Below are positions 38,757 through 49,700 of a stretch of 64,000 bases of DNA, in pieces. Numbering within the stretch: position 1 is the first letter of the stretch; each line of letters opens with the position of its first letter. Both the position numbers and the translations under genes were made by a program. The stretch is from Yuukianura sp. NJ FZ-2021. Lineage: Eukaryota. The stretch is from assembly GCA_046563655.1 (NCBI GenBank), contig CM102283.1:310001-374000 (forward strand), read 5' to 3'. Below the pieces are notes generated by a model, which saw nothing but the letters and a program-made list of their open reading frames with translations, had not been told where the DNA came from and did not search any database.

Positions 38757-40256
38757 ATGCCTTCTCCAATTAAAACTACGGTGAAGCCGGTAAACTACCC
38801 AGCCAAACGCCCAATGGAAAATTCACAGTATTTCCAATTTCAAAAATGGGTTTAGGAAAGAAACAAGAAAGGATTCGAATTTACTTCAAATCCAAATCAC
38901 AACTTGATTCGTGACTTCAATCTTTGTCCACCAAAAACATTACCAAATTTTGATGCAAGTACTGATGACACTCGATCTACAACTCCACTAATCATGTTGC
39001 AAGACGACAACGACTTTTAAAGTACGAAAAACGACCTTGAAGGTTCTACGGAAATTGCAATCGACTTGGAATTCTCGAGATCATTCGTATTGTGGATCAA
39101 CTTACACAGCAGTACTTCAAATTTCAACTCAGAAAAATGATTATCTCATTTGTCCCTTTCAATTTGGACACAAAGGACACGCATTTGCGAGTCTAAAAGA
39201 CTGATCAACATAACATTGAACACAACAAAGATATCCAAACCGCAAGATTTATTAAAAGTCACTAAAATTGGCAAAACTGACAGATACTTCAGAAATCAGT
39301 TCATGTTTCCTCGAGGAATTATCAAACGGAATCCAAATAAACCCGATTCTTACATTGTCATACCTCCAAATTCTGATCAAAAATCAACTCGAGCAAAACC
39401 ACTTCCAGAGGATGACTGGGACGAACCAACGACAACTTCAAATACAACGCAAATTCGAAAGAGTCAACCCCCAAAACCAATCCAAATTCAACTTAATCAA
39501 AACGACCAGAGAATCGTTCAAGAAATCGACACAATGTCAACAAAGTCATGGGATGACGAAATTTCTCTTCACGATTCTGATGAAGACATAAATACATTTT
39601 TACGACCAATCTCTACAGCATCAACCCAAACTGATGATTCAAAAATTGCTACTTCCGAGATTGCATGCCAAATTACACCATTATCAACAAACACCGCAGA
39701 AAAAGAAATTCAAACAGAGGAAAATGACGAAATCGAACTCGAAATTCAATGGGAAGAAATCGTCGAAACTGCACGAAAGCAAATCTCCGAACAAATCAAA
39801 AATCAACCAGAAATTGAAATCATGGAAATTCCAGAAACTCCAAACCAATCAGAAATTCAACCAATTGAAAATTCGGTTCCAAGTTCCCCTGAAATTCAAA
39901 TTATTGAACCACCTCAAAATCAAATTCCGATTCAGCATCAATTTATTCCCCATGCTGCTTTATCTGCTTCAAATCTGATCATGTTCGCCGAAACTGTCCG
40001 AACAACTCTCCAGAAATTCGATTATCTCTTTCCTTCCAGAAAGAAAGGAAATACAGAAGACAAATCCTTGAAAAACAATATCGCCACTATTTCAAAAAGT
40101 GTCGGGAAAAGTACGAAAAACATTCTTCGAAATCTTCGAACCTTGCAAGAAAATAAAATTATCAAATTAAAATTATCAGGAAAAAAAAATAATAAAAATA
40201 TCAAAAAAATCATCAAAAAAAATATACATACTCAAAATAAAATTATCAAAATATAA
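38757..40256 (+). pseudogene. Gypsy ORF3: N-terminal Rrp6/RNase D-like DEDDy exonuclease fragment followed by an acidic/low-complexity region and a basic tail
   Basis: Splice acceptor TTTTTCTTTATATTACAG (ends 38755) sits next to ATG 38757. Manual translation: NPNHNLIRDF..TTPLIMLQDDNDF*STKNDLEGSTEIAIDLEF, then after a frameshift near 39075 RDHSYCGSTYTAVLQISTQKNDYLI. It continues into ORF 39150-40256. Confidence 0.65.
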
Positions 40257-40387
40257 AATTTAATTTCCCCACTCTACGCTAATTGGTATTCTCTCGAATA
40301 CGAATTCGAGCCATAGAGGACCCACTGAGGCCGGTAGAGACCCCAGGATACCCCCAGAAGGAGGCCCACTTTCTTCGCGGCAGAATG

Positions 40388-40606
40388 TGTAGCGGTAGAT
40401 GACCACACCCCCAGCTATCCCCCTAGGTTACTATAGCGTACACACTGATTCCTAGATATGTACGAGTGAGGGATTAGTCTCAATATAGCCTTTCGCAGAG
40501 CAACAAGCTCTTCCGTGTCTCTTGTCTGTTCATTTGACCTCATCTCTGGCTGACCTCGGCTCCACCGAGCAGCCATACACGAGATATCCGGACGCTTCCC
40601 GTCTCA
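40388..40606 (+). repeat. 3' LTR
   Basis: TGTAGCGG...GTCTCA; direct repeat of the 5' LTR. Confidence 0.95.
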
Positions 40607-42294
40607 CCGTTTAATTGAACCAAAATCATGTTAAATTTTTGAGGCCGAAAACATCTGCACTGAATTGTAGTTGTTAATTTGTTGTGCACCAAATGTACAA
40701 AATTGAACGTTTAGGAGAAGGGGACGAATATCGTTCTTGATTTATGTTCTTAAAGACGGCTTATTGTTGATTTATTCACAACAATCGTTTCCGTTAACAA
40801 CTACAAAATTGATTTCTGTTTAACGCCAGACGTCGGCATATTTGTTCGTTTTCACCGAAATCCATCTTCGGTGACTCGTTTCGTACAAACATACAAACAC
40901 TTGCCGATGTCTTGGTGATTTACGTCGATTCGAAATCAAACTTCCAGAATTTTTGGTCAGTTTGTAAAATTTGTGCCAGGGACCCTTAGGATGGACATAG
41001 AAGTATGATTAATGGTATCAAAATTTGTGAAAAGCGATTGCGGGGTTTTCTATGGAATAAAAATTGGAAATTCCACCGTTTAAACCTAAAAAACAACGAT
41101 CATTCGTGACTACTTTTGTTTCATCGAATGCAACTTTTAAACGGGTTAAGGTATTTAAAACCTGATTCCATAGGATACCCCGCCATGCTCTTCCGCATGT
41201 TTTGGTACCTTACTTTACCCTCTACGTTGATCCTACGATTTTTAACTGATTTTAGAAAATGGTCAATTTTCAGTAGTTATCAGAACTTTTCGTTGCCGAG
41301 CGAACAGAGCCTTAATTTGTTGAGGAAGATGCACATAATGTATTGTCGTTGTCATGGCAATACTCAAGGTAGTTATCAAACCTGCACATACCTTCAATTG
41401 TGTGCATCATGTGTGCACAAAATTGTATGTTGTGGTGTGGTAGACTGGTTAAAAATCAAATGGAGAAAACATAGTTAACTAAGTTGTAGCGCCTAACCTT
41501 GCAAATGAAAATTTTTTGCGAAAGAAAAATTTTGGTGAAAAAAAAAAGTTCAATTTTTTAACGTTAAGGGGTGCGCAGCTTGTCCGAAGTCTGAAATCCG
41601 CTTTAAGCATCGTCATTGTATTTCTTAATTAATTTGTTAATTTAATTAATTAATTATCCCCTTGTAGCTACACAACATAACTCTGCACCGAGCTTGTACA
41701 ATGACGATCGATAAGCCTCATTGCAACAGAGAAGGTATTCAAAACACCGGAAATCGCACTATGCCAAATTCGAAATTTTAGACACAGCAAAAGTGCATTT
41801 GGTATTTGAACTTACCGATTACTAATTTGAACCAATTAATGAAACTTTGATCAAATCTGTAGTTAATTTGGGGGAAATTATTTTTTTTAATTTTTCTTAT
41901 AGAAAAAATAAGAGTTTGAAACGTTAGGCACTTCGAAATTCATACTTTTGTGGCTTTTAACCAGTCTACTGGGGTAGGGGTAGAATATCGTTTGTTTAAA
42001 ATCAAAATCATAGAAATTTCTTGTTAATGCAAATTCGAACCTTCCCATTCGCTGCTTACATATTACGAATTTAAACCGGAATTTCTACCCTTTAACTAGG
42101 CTTAAATTAACAATGTGAATAAACGTACTGTCAGCAAATGACAGGGTCAAAACTTCGTTGTTTAAATAAATTTTGAGTATAATCTAAACCAAAAAATGTC
42201 GGGAAACGACTTTACAGCGTAAAGTGGTCGCCCATTTCTACGTTGTTAATATAACACTTTATATAGCACTTTATGAGTGCAATATAGACTTAAT

Positions 42295-43093
42295 CAAGGT
42301 AACTAAACATAAATACACACGCGCTTTCTAAGATAGTCTCACGAGCGGTTTTTTCAGCTATTTTTGCGATATTTTTTGGTGGGGCGGATTGTTTGTTTTT
42401 TAAACATTCCTCTGACAACGTTTTCCTTCGGTCGGAGTACAAAATCAAATTCCTCCATTGTGACCATCCAGTGTACCCAATCATCGGGCTAGTGGTTTAC
42501 ATTGATTTTAGGATTGGAAAATGGAGTAAACAAATTTTACGCTTATAATTACTACGAATTCAATGCAACTCAATGACAAATAGTTAAATAGACAACTTGT
42601 AATCGAACACAACAGAACTGTACATATAAAAGTTAAAATTAGATATTATAAGTAATAAATTTCATCCAATTCTTTTTCGGGAGTAATGGTTCCGAGAATT
42701 GAGGCTGCATTCCCACGTTGGATGGCTATACTGATTCGTTGTAGAAGAAAGGCGGTTGACTTCTGCTCCCCGGTGTAATCAGTAATACGATGTCCAATCG
42801 ATTTGATAAGTTTTAAACCTTCGACCCCGAAGACTCCTGACGTTTCGACTGCGATGATGCCGACAATGTATTGAGTTTCCAAGACAAATAGTTGATTTTC
42901 GTAAAATACTGAACGCTGGGTACAACTAACACATCATTGTTATCTCTACCAACCTTTGCACGAATTTGATACAGTTTTATTTCCTTGGAAACCGAACAAT
43001 CCGCCCCACCAAAAAATATCGCAAAAAAATATTAAAAAACCGCTCGTGAGACTACCTTAGAAAGCGCGTGTGTATTTATGTTTAGTTACCTTG
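42295..43093. mobile_element. Non-autonomous DNA transposon (hAT/P-like), ~118-bp TIRs, 8-bp TSD
   Basis: TIR CAAGGTAACTAAACATAAATACACACGCGC...; TSD GACTTAAT at 42287-42294 and 43094-43101. Confidence 0.9.
42646..42882 (-). pseudogene. C-terminal fragment of a CRE-like (RLE-type) non-LTR retrotransposon inside the MITE
   Basis: IAVETSGVFG..IG..I...TGE..STAFLLQRISIAIQRGNAASILGT is the characteristic C-terminus of CRE-clade ORFs. Confidence 0.7.
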
Positions 43094-43429
43094 GACTTAA
43101 TGAAACCACGATGAGGCATACATAACCCCCCGCACAAAATGGAGCTTATGTTTTAGTGCAAAAGATCCCAAAAATTGAAACGGACAGACAGACCAACAAA
43201 GCCGCATCAATAGTCTTCTTCAGCATGTCGTAGACATGCGTCTCCAGAAAACTAAAAACAATAGCGAGGTTGTAAGAAGTTTACACTTGTACTTTCCCGT
43301 TTACTTTCCGCTTTTGATTTTGAGAAGGGAAACTAAAAGTGAAACTTCAGTTGTATAAATTTTTGAAGTTTCACTTTCCGCTTTGCCAAATTTTAGGACA
43401 TTCGGAAATAATCAAAAACCTCGTAAACG

Positions 43430-43640
43430 TATTGAAAGTAGCCCTTATTTGAGTACCCTTATTTTTTAGCAGTTTTTGAGTAGCGCTATCCTAGTGACCC
43501 TTATTGAAAGTAGCCCTTAGAGTTGTCCTTATTGAAAGTAGCCCTTATTGAAAGTAGACCTAATTGGAGTTGCCCTTATTGAAAGTAGCCCTTATTGAAA
43601 GTAGCCCTTATTGAAAGTAGCCCTTATTGAAAGTAGACCT
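43430..43640. repeat. 16-bp minisatellite (TTATTGAAAGTAGCCC)n
   Basis: About ten perfect and degenerate tandem copies. Confidence 0.9.
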
Positions 43641-43746
43641 TTTTATGAAACTACTAAGTTGTCTTGAGCAGAAAATTCGTTAAGATTCAGTAACCATCTG
43701 AATCATGACCAAAGAAATATTCTAAAGTTATTTTAGTCGAAATATT

Positions 43747-46700
43747 TTAAACGCCGAGCGGAGCTGTAGAGTGGTTATCAACCACAGAGACAGAAGTTCC
43801 TTCAATTCCTGGCACTGTTCCCGAAGTAGGCGTGTTGGTTTTAGAATGGTTCATGGAGTACGTAACCCCGCCAAATCCATGCAGAGTAATGTCATGTTCC
43901 GACATGTACCCTGGAATCTGTAAGTGATTCGGCGCAATGATCGTAAACAGTTCTTGTAGTCCCGCAATATTTTGGATCCTAGGCTTGATCGCAGGCGCCA
44001 TGAAGGTAGTGAACCACCAGGTTAAGATCTGTAAAACGTTAAGAACCTTAGCCTTTGCTGAGTGGACCTCACAGGAGTTTAGCATAGGTCCAAAAATTAT
44101 CGCTAACGTATTCACTTACTTTTGTCCACAAGGTTGGATGGACTATGCGTAGTGATTTGAGATTCTTCTTAAATCTGTACTCCATGTTGTCATAGACAGA
44201 TCTCATCCAGCGAAAGGACGGGTGATTTTCTGTTTCCGTTTTCGTATGGAAGTAGATGACTGTGTAGTCACCATTGATATCATCCAGCAATTTCACCAAA
44301 TATAGGAACGCTTTATCTATAACCATTCAACCGCAATTTAATTTTTGTCATCCGCATTTAGGTTAGGTTCAGTTAACATTAACTTTACCGTTAAGTTACT
44401 ATAGTGGTTTGTCTGTCTGTCTGTCCGTCCGTCTGTCTGTCCAGATTAATTATCTCAGAAACTACTGGTCGGATTTGATTCCGGTTTTCACCAGTGACCA
44501 TGTCATGACCCGGGCTTGGTCACTATTGAATATGACCCCCGTGTGTCAACTCCTTCCGGGTCAAAGCTCAAGGTCAACCGGTTTTATCCCCGGTAATATG
44601 GAAAATGACCTCTACAAAAGTTGTTCATCTCATCCAGACCAACAACTTTTGTGTGTAATGTGTGAGCCTAGGTCACCTGCTTCCGGGTCAAAATTGATTT
44701 TAAAGGTCATTTGTAATGCAAGTGTGGGTAAAAAAACTCTTTTTGTGAGACTGGAAAGGCAATTGGCATGGGACTTGATTCTCTGCTTAGCAAAAAATCT
44801 ATTACGCAGTTAACATGTACACGTGTGCCAGTCGCCTATCCATTCGTTCTGTTGTTGCTTCATCCAGATCCCACCTCTCCTCATCTTTGTTTGAAGTCAC
44901 TGCGACATCCCATAGGAGGTGAGGAAGTGGGAGAAACACCCTCTCTCCCCCGGGGCACTCACCCCCTCTCCTCCGGGGCACTCACCCCCTCTCTCCCGGG
45001 GAACCACCCCTTCTCTCTCGTGCAACCACCCCCTCTCCCCCGGGGTACCCACCTGCTCTCCCCCGGGGAACACACCCCCGCGCTCCCTGGGGTGCGGAGC
45101 AAAAAAGTGGGGGGAACACTCCCACTCCCCCCGGAGGGGCAGGAAAGTGGCGGAACACACCCCCGCGCTCTCTGGGGTGCGGAGCAAAAAAGTGGGGGGA
45201 ACACCCCCACTCACATGGGGGGGGGTCGGAAAATGGGGGGGGGGGGCACCGCCACTCCCCGGGGGGAAGTGGCGGGCGTCAAAGTGGGGAAAACACACTT
45301 TCACTCCCCCGGGGTGGGGGCGGGAAAGTGGGGGAACACCCCCACCCCCTGGGGGGCAACCCCTTATTTCTGAGCTATTATCAGTATGCGCAGTTTACAA
45401 CCGGTTTTTATAATAGCGAAGCTACTATTATAGAAGACGTCTGTCTGTCTGTCCGGATAATGTACCTCGGAAACCACTGGTCCGATTTGATTCCGGTTTT
45501 CACCAGTGACCATGTCATGACCCGGGCTTGGTCACTATTGAATATGACCCCCGGGTGTCAACTCCTTCCGGGTCAAAGGTCAAGGTCAACCGGTTTCATC
45601 CCCGGTAACATGGAAAATGACCTCTACAAAAGTTGTTCATCTCATCGAGGGGAACAACTTTTGTGTGTAATGTGTGACCCTAGGTCACCTGCTTCTGAGT
45701 CAAAATGGATTTCAAAGGTCATTTCTAATGCAAGTCTGGGTACAGAAAACTCTGCTTGTGAGACTGGAAAGGCAATTGGCATGGGACTTGATTCTCTGCT
45801 TAGCAAAAAGTCTATTACGCAGTTGACATGTACACGTGTGCCCAGTCGCATATCCATTCGTTCTGTTGCTTCATCCAGATCCCACCTCTCCTCATCTTTG
45901 TTTGAAGTCAATGCGACACCCCATAGGAGGTGAGGAAGTGGGAGAAACACCCTCTCTCCCCCGGGGCACTCACTCCCTCTCCCCCGGGGCACTCACCCCC
46001 TCTCCCTCGGGGCACTCACCCCCTCTCCCCCGGGGCACCCACCCCCACGCTCCCTGGGGTGCGGAGCAAAAAAGTGGGGGGAACACCCCCACTCCCCCCG
46101 GACGGGCGGGAAAGTGGCGGAACACACACGCGCGCTCCCTGGGGTGCGGAACAAAAAAGTGGGGGAACACCCCCACTTCTCCGGAGGGGGCGGGCGTCAA
46201 AGTGGGGTGAGCACACCCCGACTTCCCCGGGGAGGGGCGAAAAAGTGGGGGGACACCCCCACTCCCTGGGTGGCAACCCCTTATTTCTGATCTATTATCA
46301 GTATTCGCGGTTAATAGCGAAGCTATTATAGAAGACGTCTGTCTGTCTGTCTGTCTGTCTGTCCGGATAATGTACCTCGGAAACCACTGGTCCGATTTGA
46401 TTCCGGTTTTCACCAGTGACCATGTCATGACCTGGGCTTGGTCACTATTGAATATGACCCCCGGGTGTCAACTCCTTCCGGGTCAAAGGTCAAGGTCAAC
46501 CGGTTTCATCCCCGGTAACATGGAAAATGACCTCTACAAAAGTTGTTCATCTCATCGAGGGGAACAACTTTTGTGTGTAATGTGTGACCCTAGGTCACCT
46601 GCTTCTGAGTCAAAATGGATTTCAAAGGGCATTTCTAATGCAAGTTTGGGTACAAAAAACTCTGCTTGTGTGACTGGAAAGGCAATTAGCATGGGACTTG

Positions 46701-49700
46701 ATTCTCTGCTTAGCAAAAAATCTATTACGCAGTTGACTCAACTGTCACCTGTCACACTTCATCTGTTACATCTCACTTGTCACCTGTCACACTTCATCTG
46801 TTACATCTCACTTGTTACCTGTCACACTTCATCTGTTACATCTCACTTGTTACCTGTCACACTTCATCTGTCATATCTCACTTGTCACCTGTCACACTTC
46901 GTCTGTCACATCCCACTTGTCACCTGTCACACGTCACTTGTCACTTGTCACCTGTCACACATCACTTGTCACATGTCACACGGCACCCGTCACGCAGGAA
47001 AATGGGGGCACCCACCCCCTCTCCCCCCGGGGAACCACCCCCTCTCCCTCGTGGTACCCACCCCCTCTCCGCTGGGGAACCCACCCCCTTTCCCCCGGGG
47101 TACCCACCCCCTCTCCGCCGGGGAACCCACCCCCTTTCCCCCGGGGTACCCACAACGCGCTCCCTGGTGTGCGGAGCGAAAAAAGAGAGGGGAACACCCC
47201 CACTCCCCCCGGACGGGCAGGAAACTGGCGGAACACACCCCCGCGCTCCCTGGGGCGCGGAATCAAAAGTAGGGGAAACACCCGCACTCCCCCCGGGAGG
47301 GCGGGAAAATGGGGGGAGCACCCTTACTCCCCCTGGGGGGGGACGAAAAGTGGGGGCACCCCCACTCACCCGGGCTACCCACCCTCTCTCCCCTGGGGCA
47401 CCCACCCCCGCGCTCCCTGGGGTGCGGAGCAAAAAAGTGGAGGGAACACCCCCACTCCCCCGGGGGGGGCGGAAAAGTGGGGGAACACCCCCACCCCCTT
47501 GGAAGGCAACCCCTTATTTCTGAGCCATTATCCGTATGTGCGGTTTACAACCGGTTTATTATAATACGATGTGAGTCTTACCCAAATCGATGCTATCTGG
47601 ATTAAACCATTTCCCGACAACCACCAGCACGGGACGTCCTAACCTATCAGGACCGCTTCGATAAAGGCAACCAATTTTTGCAATGGAACTCAAATCTTCT
47701 TCATGAGCTCTGCGTAGAATCCTAGCTTGCCTGTAAAACAAAAACAACAAATTAGATATCAACCAAGTTCGCAGAACATTTTGTTTGTCACTGACGGATC
47801 TTCATAGATTCCTTTCACAGTAGAGTCCATTTCTTCCAATGTCTAAACAGTAAAAGTAATTTCAAAAAGTTGAAACATGTATAATCCCGATAACTTTGGC
47901 GAACGATAAAATCCGGAGAAATTAGTTTAAATGATTTGAAATTTAACTTCACACTCCTAATAAAATCATACCACAACGGATAAGGAAGGAAGAACTAAAT
48001 GAATTGACTCACAGTTACTAGCTGAATTGCGCTTTGTTATAACGAAAATCCAAATTCTTCCGTACTTCAGCAAGTAAAGATAAAAAATGCTGAACAGGGT
48101 GAGTAATCCCTATTAAAGTCATTGCTTAGGTGTTAATGCTTGACGCACCGTCAAGTGAAGTGGAATCACTTGACATCGATATGTCAGCTATTGACATAAA
48201 AGAATCTATATTTACATATTGTTGTTGAGTTCAAAACTGTAGAAATAAAAACAATAACCTCTTGAGTTTGACTCTGAGTAATAAAATTCAGTTGCTCACC
48301 GTTCTCTTGTTTCAATTTCAATTGCAATATGGCGCTCCCTATCGTTCATGCTCTGGAAACTGGGCCGTCTCCTGCCGTGAGCGTCAAACAATAGCCGTTC
48401 TTTGTCCACGTCGTCCTTCATCGTTACAAAATCCCGATTAAGTTCTGGAAGAATGCACTGACTGGAATCATCATCAACGTCTCTCAGATTCGGATTCTCC
48501 GCGGGATTAGAGAAGATTCGAATTCTCCTATCTGGCCACCATGTAGCACCAGTTTCATCTCCAATTTCTTTTGGCAATCGTGAACAGGCGAACTCTTCAT
48601 GGGAAGATTCTCTCGGAAAATAGGAAACCATCAAGGATTCGTACAATCTGCCAAAATTAAAAAAGAGTTAAGTGAAGGTGCACTCTCCTCTTATTTAGCG
48701 AAGTAACTTTGATCCGGAAGCGCTAATATGTATGGTATTGGTGGTTTTCAGCATGATTATTGCAAATATAAACTTGCTCCAATATTGCCCAATCACCTGA
48801 ATAGGTTTGGATCCGGAACGCTGAGGATGATAAGACTGGGGTACGAATGACCCTTCTCCAGGAATCGCCTGACTGTGCGCATTGCAATATGTACACCAAG
48901 TTCATCCGGAAACAATGTCTTTCCACCGTAATGAAGCGGCGGAATTCCAACAATTGTGAAGCTCCTTTCCAGAGAAAGCTTAAAAAAACAAAGTTGTGCA
49001 AATACATTCATAACGGACAAATTCAATATATTATTTAAACTAGTATACCTGAAGTACTGTGTTGTAGCAACTAAAAAGTGCAGTTTGTGCAGCAGTTTTG
49101 TATTGATCCGAGTACTTAGGACTAACAGTTAGGATGACATGTCGACATGGAAGATTTGGATGAGATTTGATCACCTAAAAAAAAGAATTATAAAACATTC
49201 AATATAAATTCTGACCCAGGGAAAAGCTTAAAAACTTCAAATGATTTTAACGTTGAATTAAATTAAAATTACTTTAGCATCACCCGTTCGGATTGAATGA
49301 ATTTCAGAACGAATTTCACGTTGGTAGTCGTGCCCAGTCCTTTCAAGTAATCCAGGAGAAAAATCGGACAGGGCTTCATTTGTCAATTGTGTCAAGCCAT
49401 CCATACACAATGAGAAGACGTCTCCATACCTGCGAATAGTACACAATGAACAAAGTTATTAGCTTACGCGTCCGCAATTACAATAACTTTCTCAGGGCGG
49501 TGAAGGAATACTGAAACAAGGACTTGGGGGGACTGGGAGTATTAAAAAACAGTATTGATCAGTCACACCGACAATCATTACCGATAATAGTACTGACAGG
49601 CTGGGAAATCGATGTCCGCAAAATTCCACTCACATGCAAATTCCGTATGTGACATTTCACATTTTATGCGTCATTCTTGTCGTTAGAAATTAAGTCTTGC

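Larger units (their letters stand above)
32056..40606 (+). mobile_element. Ty3/Gypsy LTR retrotransposon, near full length but degraded, with extra ORF3
   Basis: LTRs at 32056-32249 (5'-truncated) and 40388-40606 (TG...CA) differ at 4 substitutions in ~194 bp. PBS-like TGGCGAC at 32252. Domain order gag-PR-RT-RH-IN; many stops and frameshifts. Confidence 0.95.

Noticed and set aside
6012-43256. Inverted family-A repeats as TIRs of one giant 37-kb element
   Set aside because: The copies are strongly diverged, no TSD was seen, and they look like independent interspersed repeats.
44409-47605. Long Pro/Gly/His-rich ORFs on both strands
   Set aside because: They arise from GC-rich minisatellites in non-autonomous elements within an intron.
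47790-48190. Possible extra GDAP2 exons with splice-like signals
   Set aside because: Direct splicing 48300 to 47730 already keeps the frame and homology; the candidates contain stops in the required phase.
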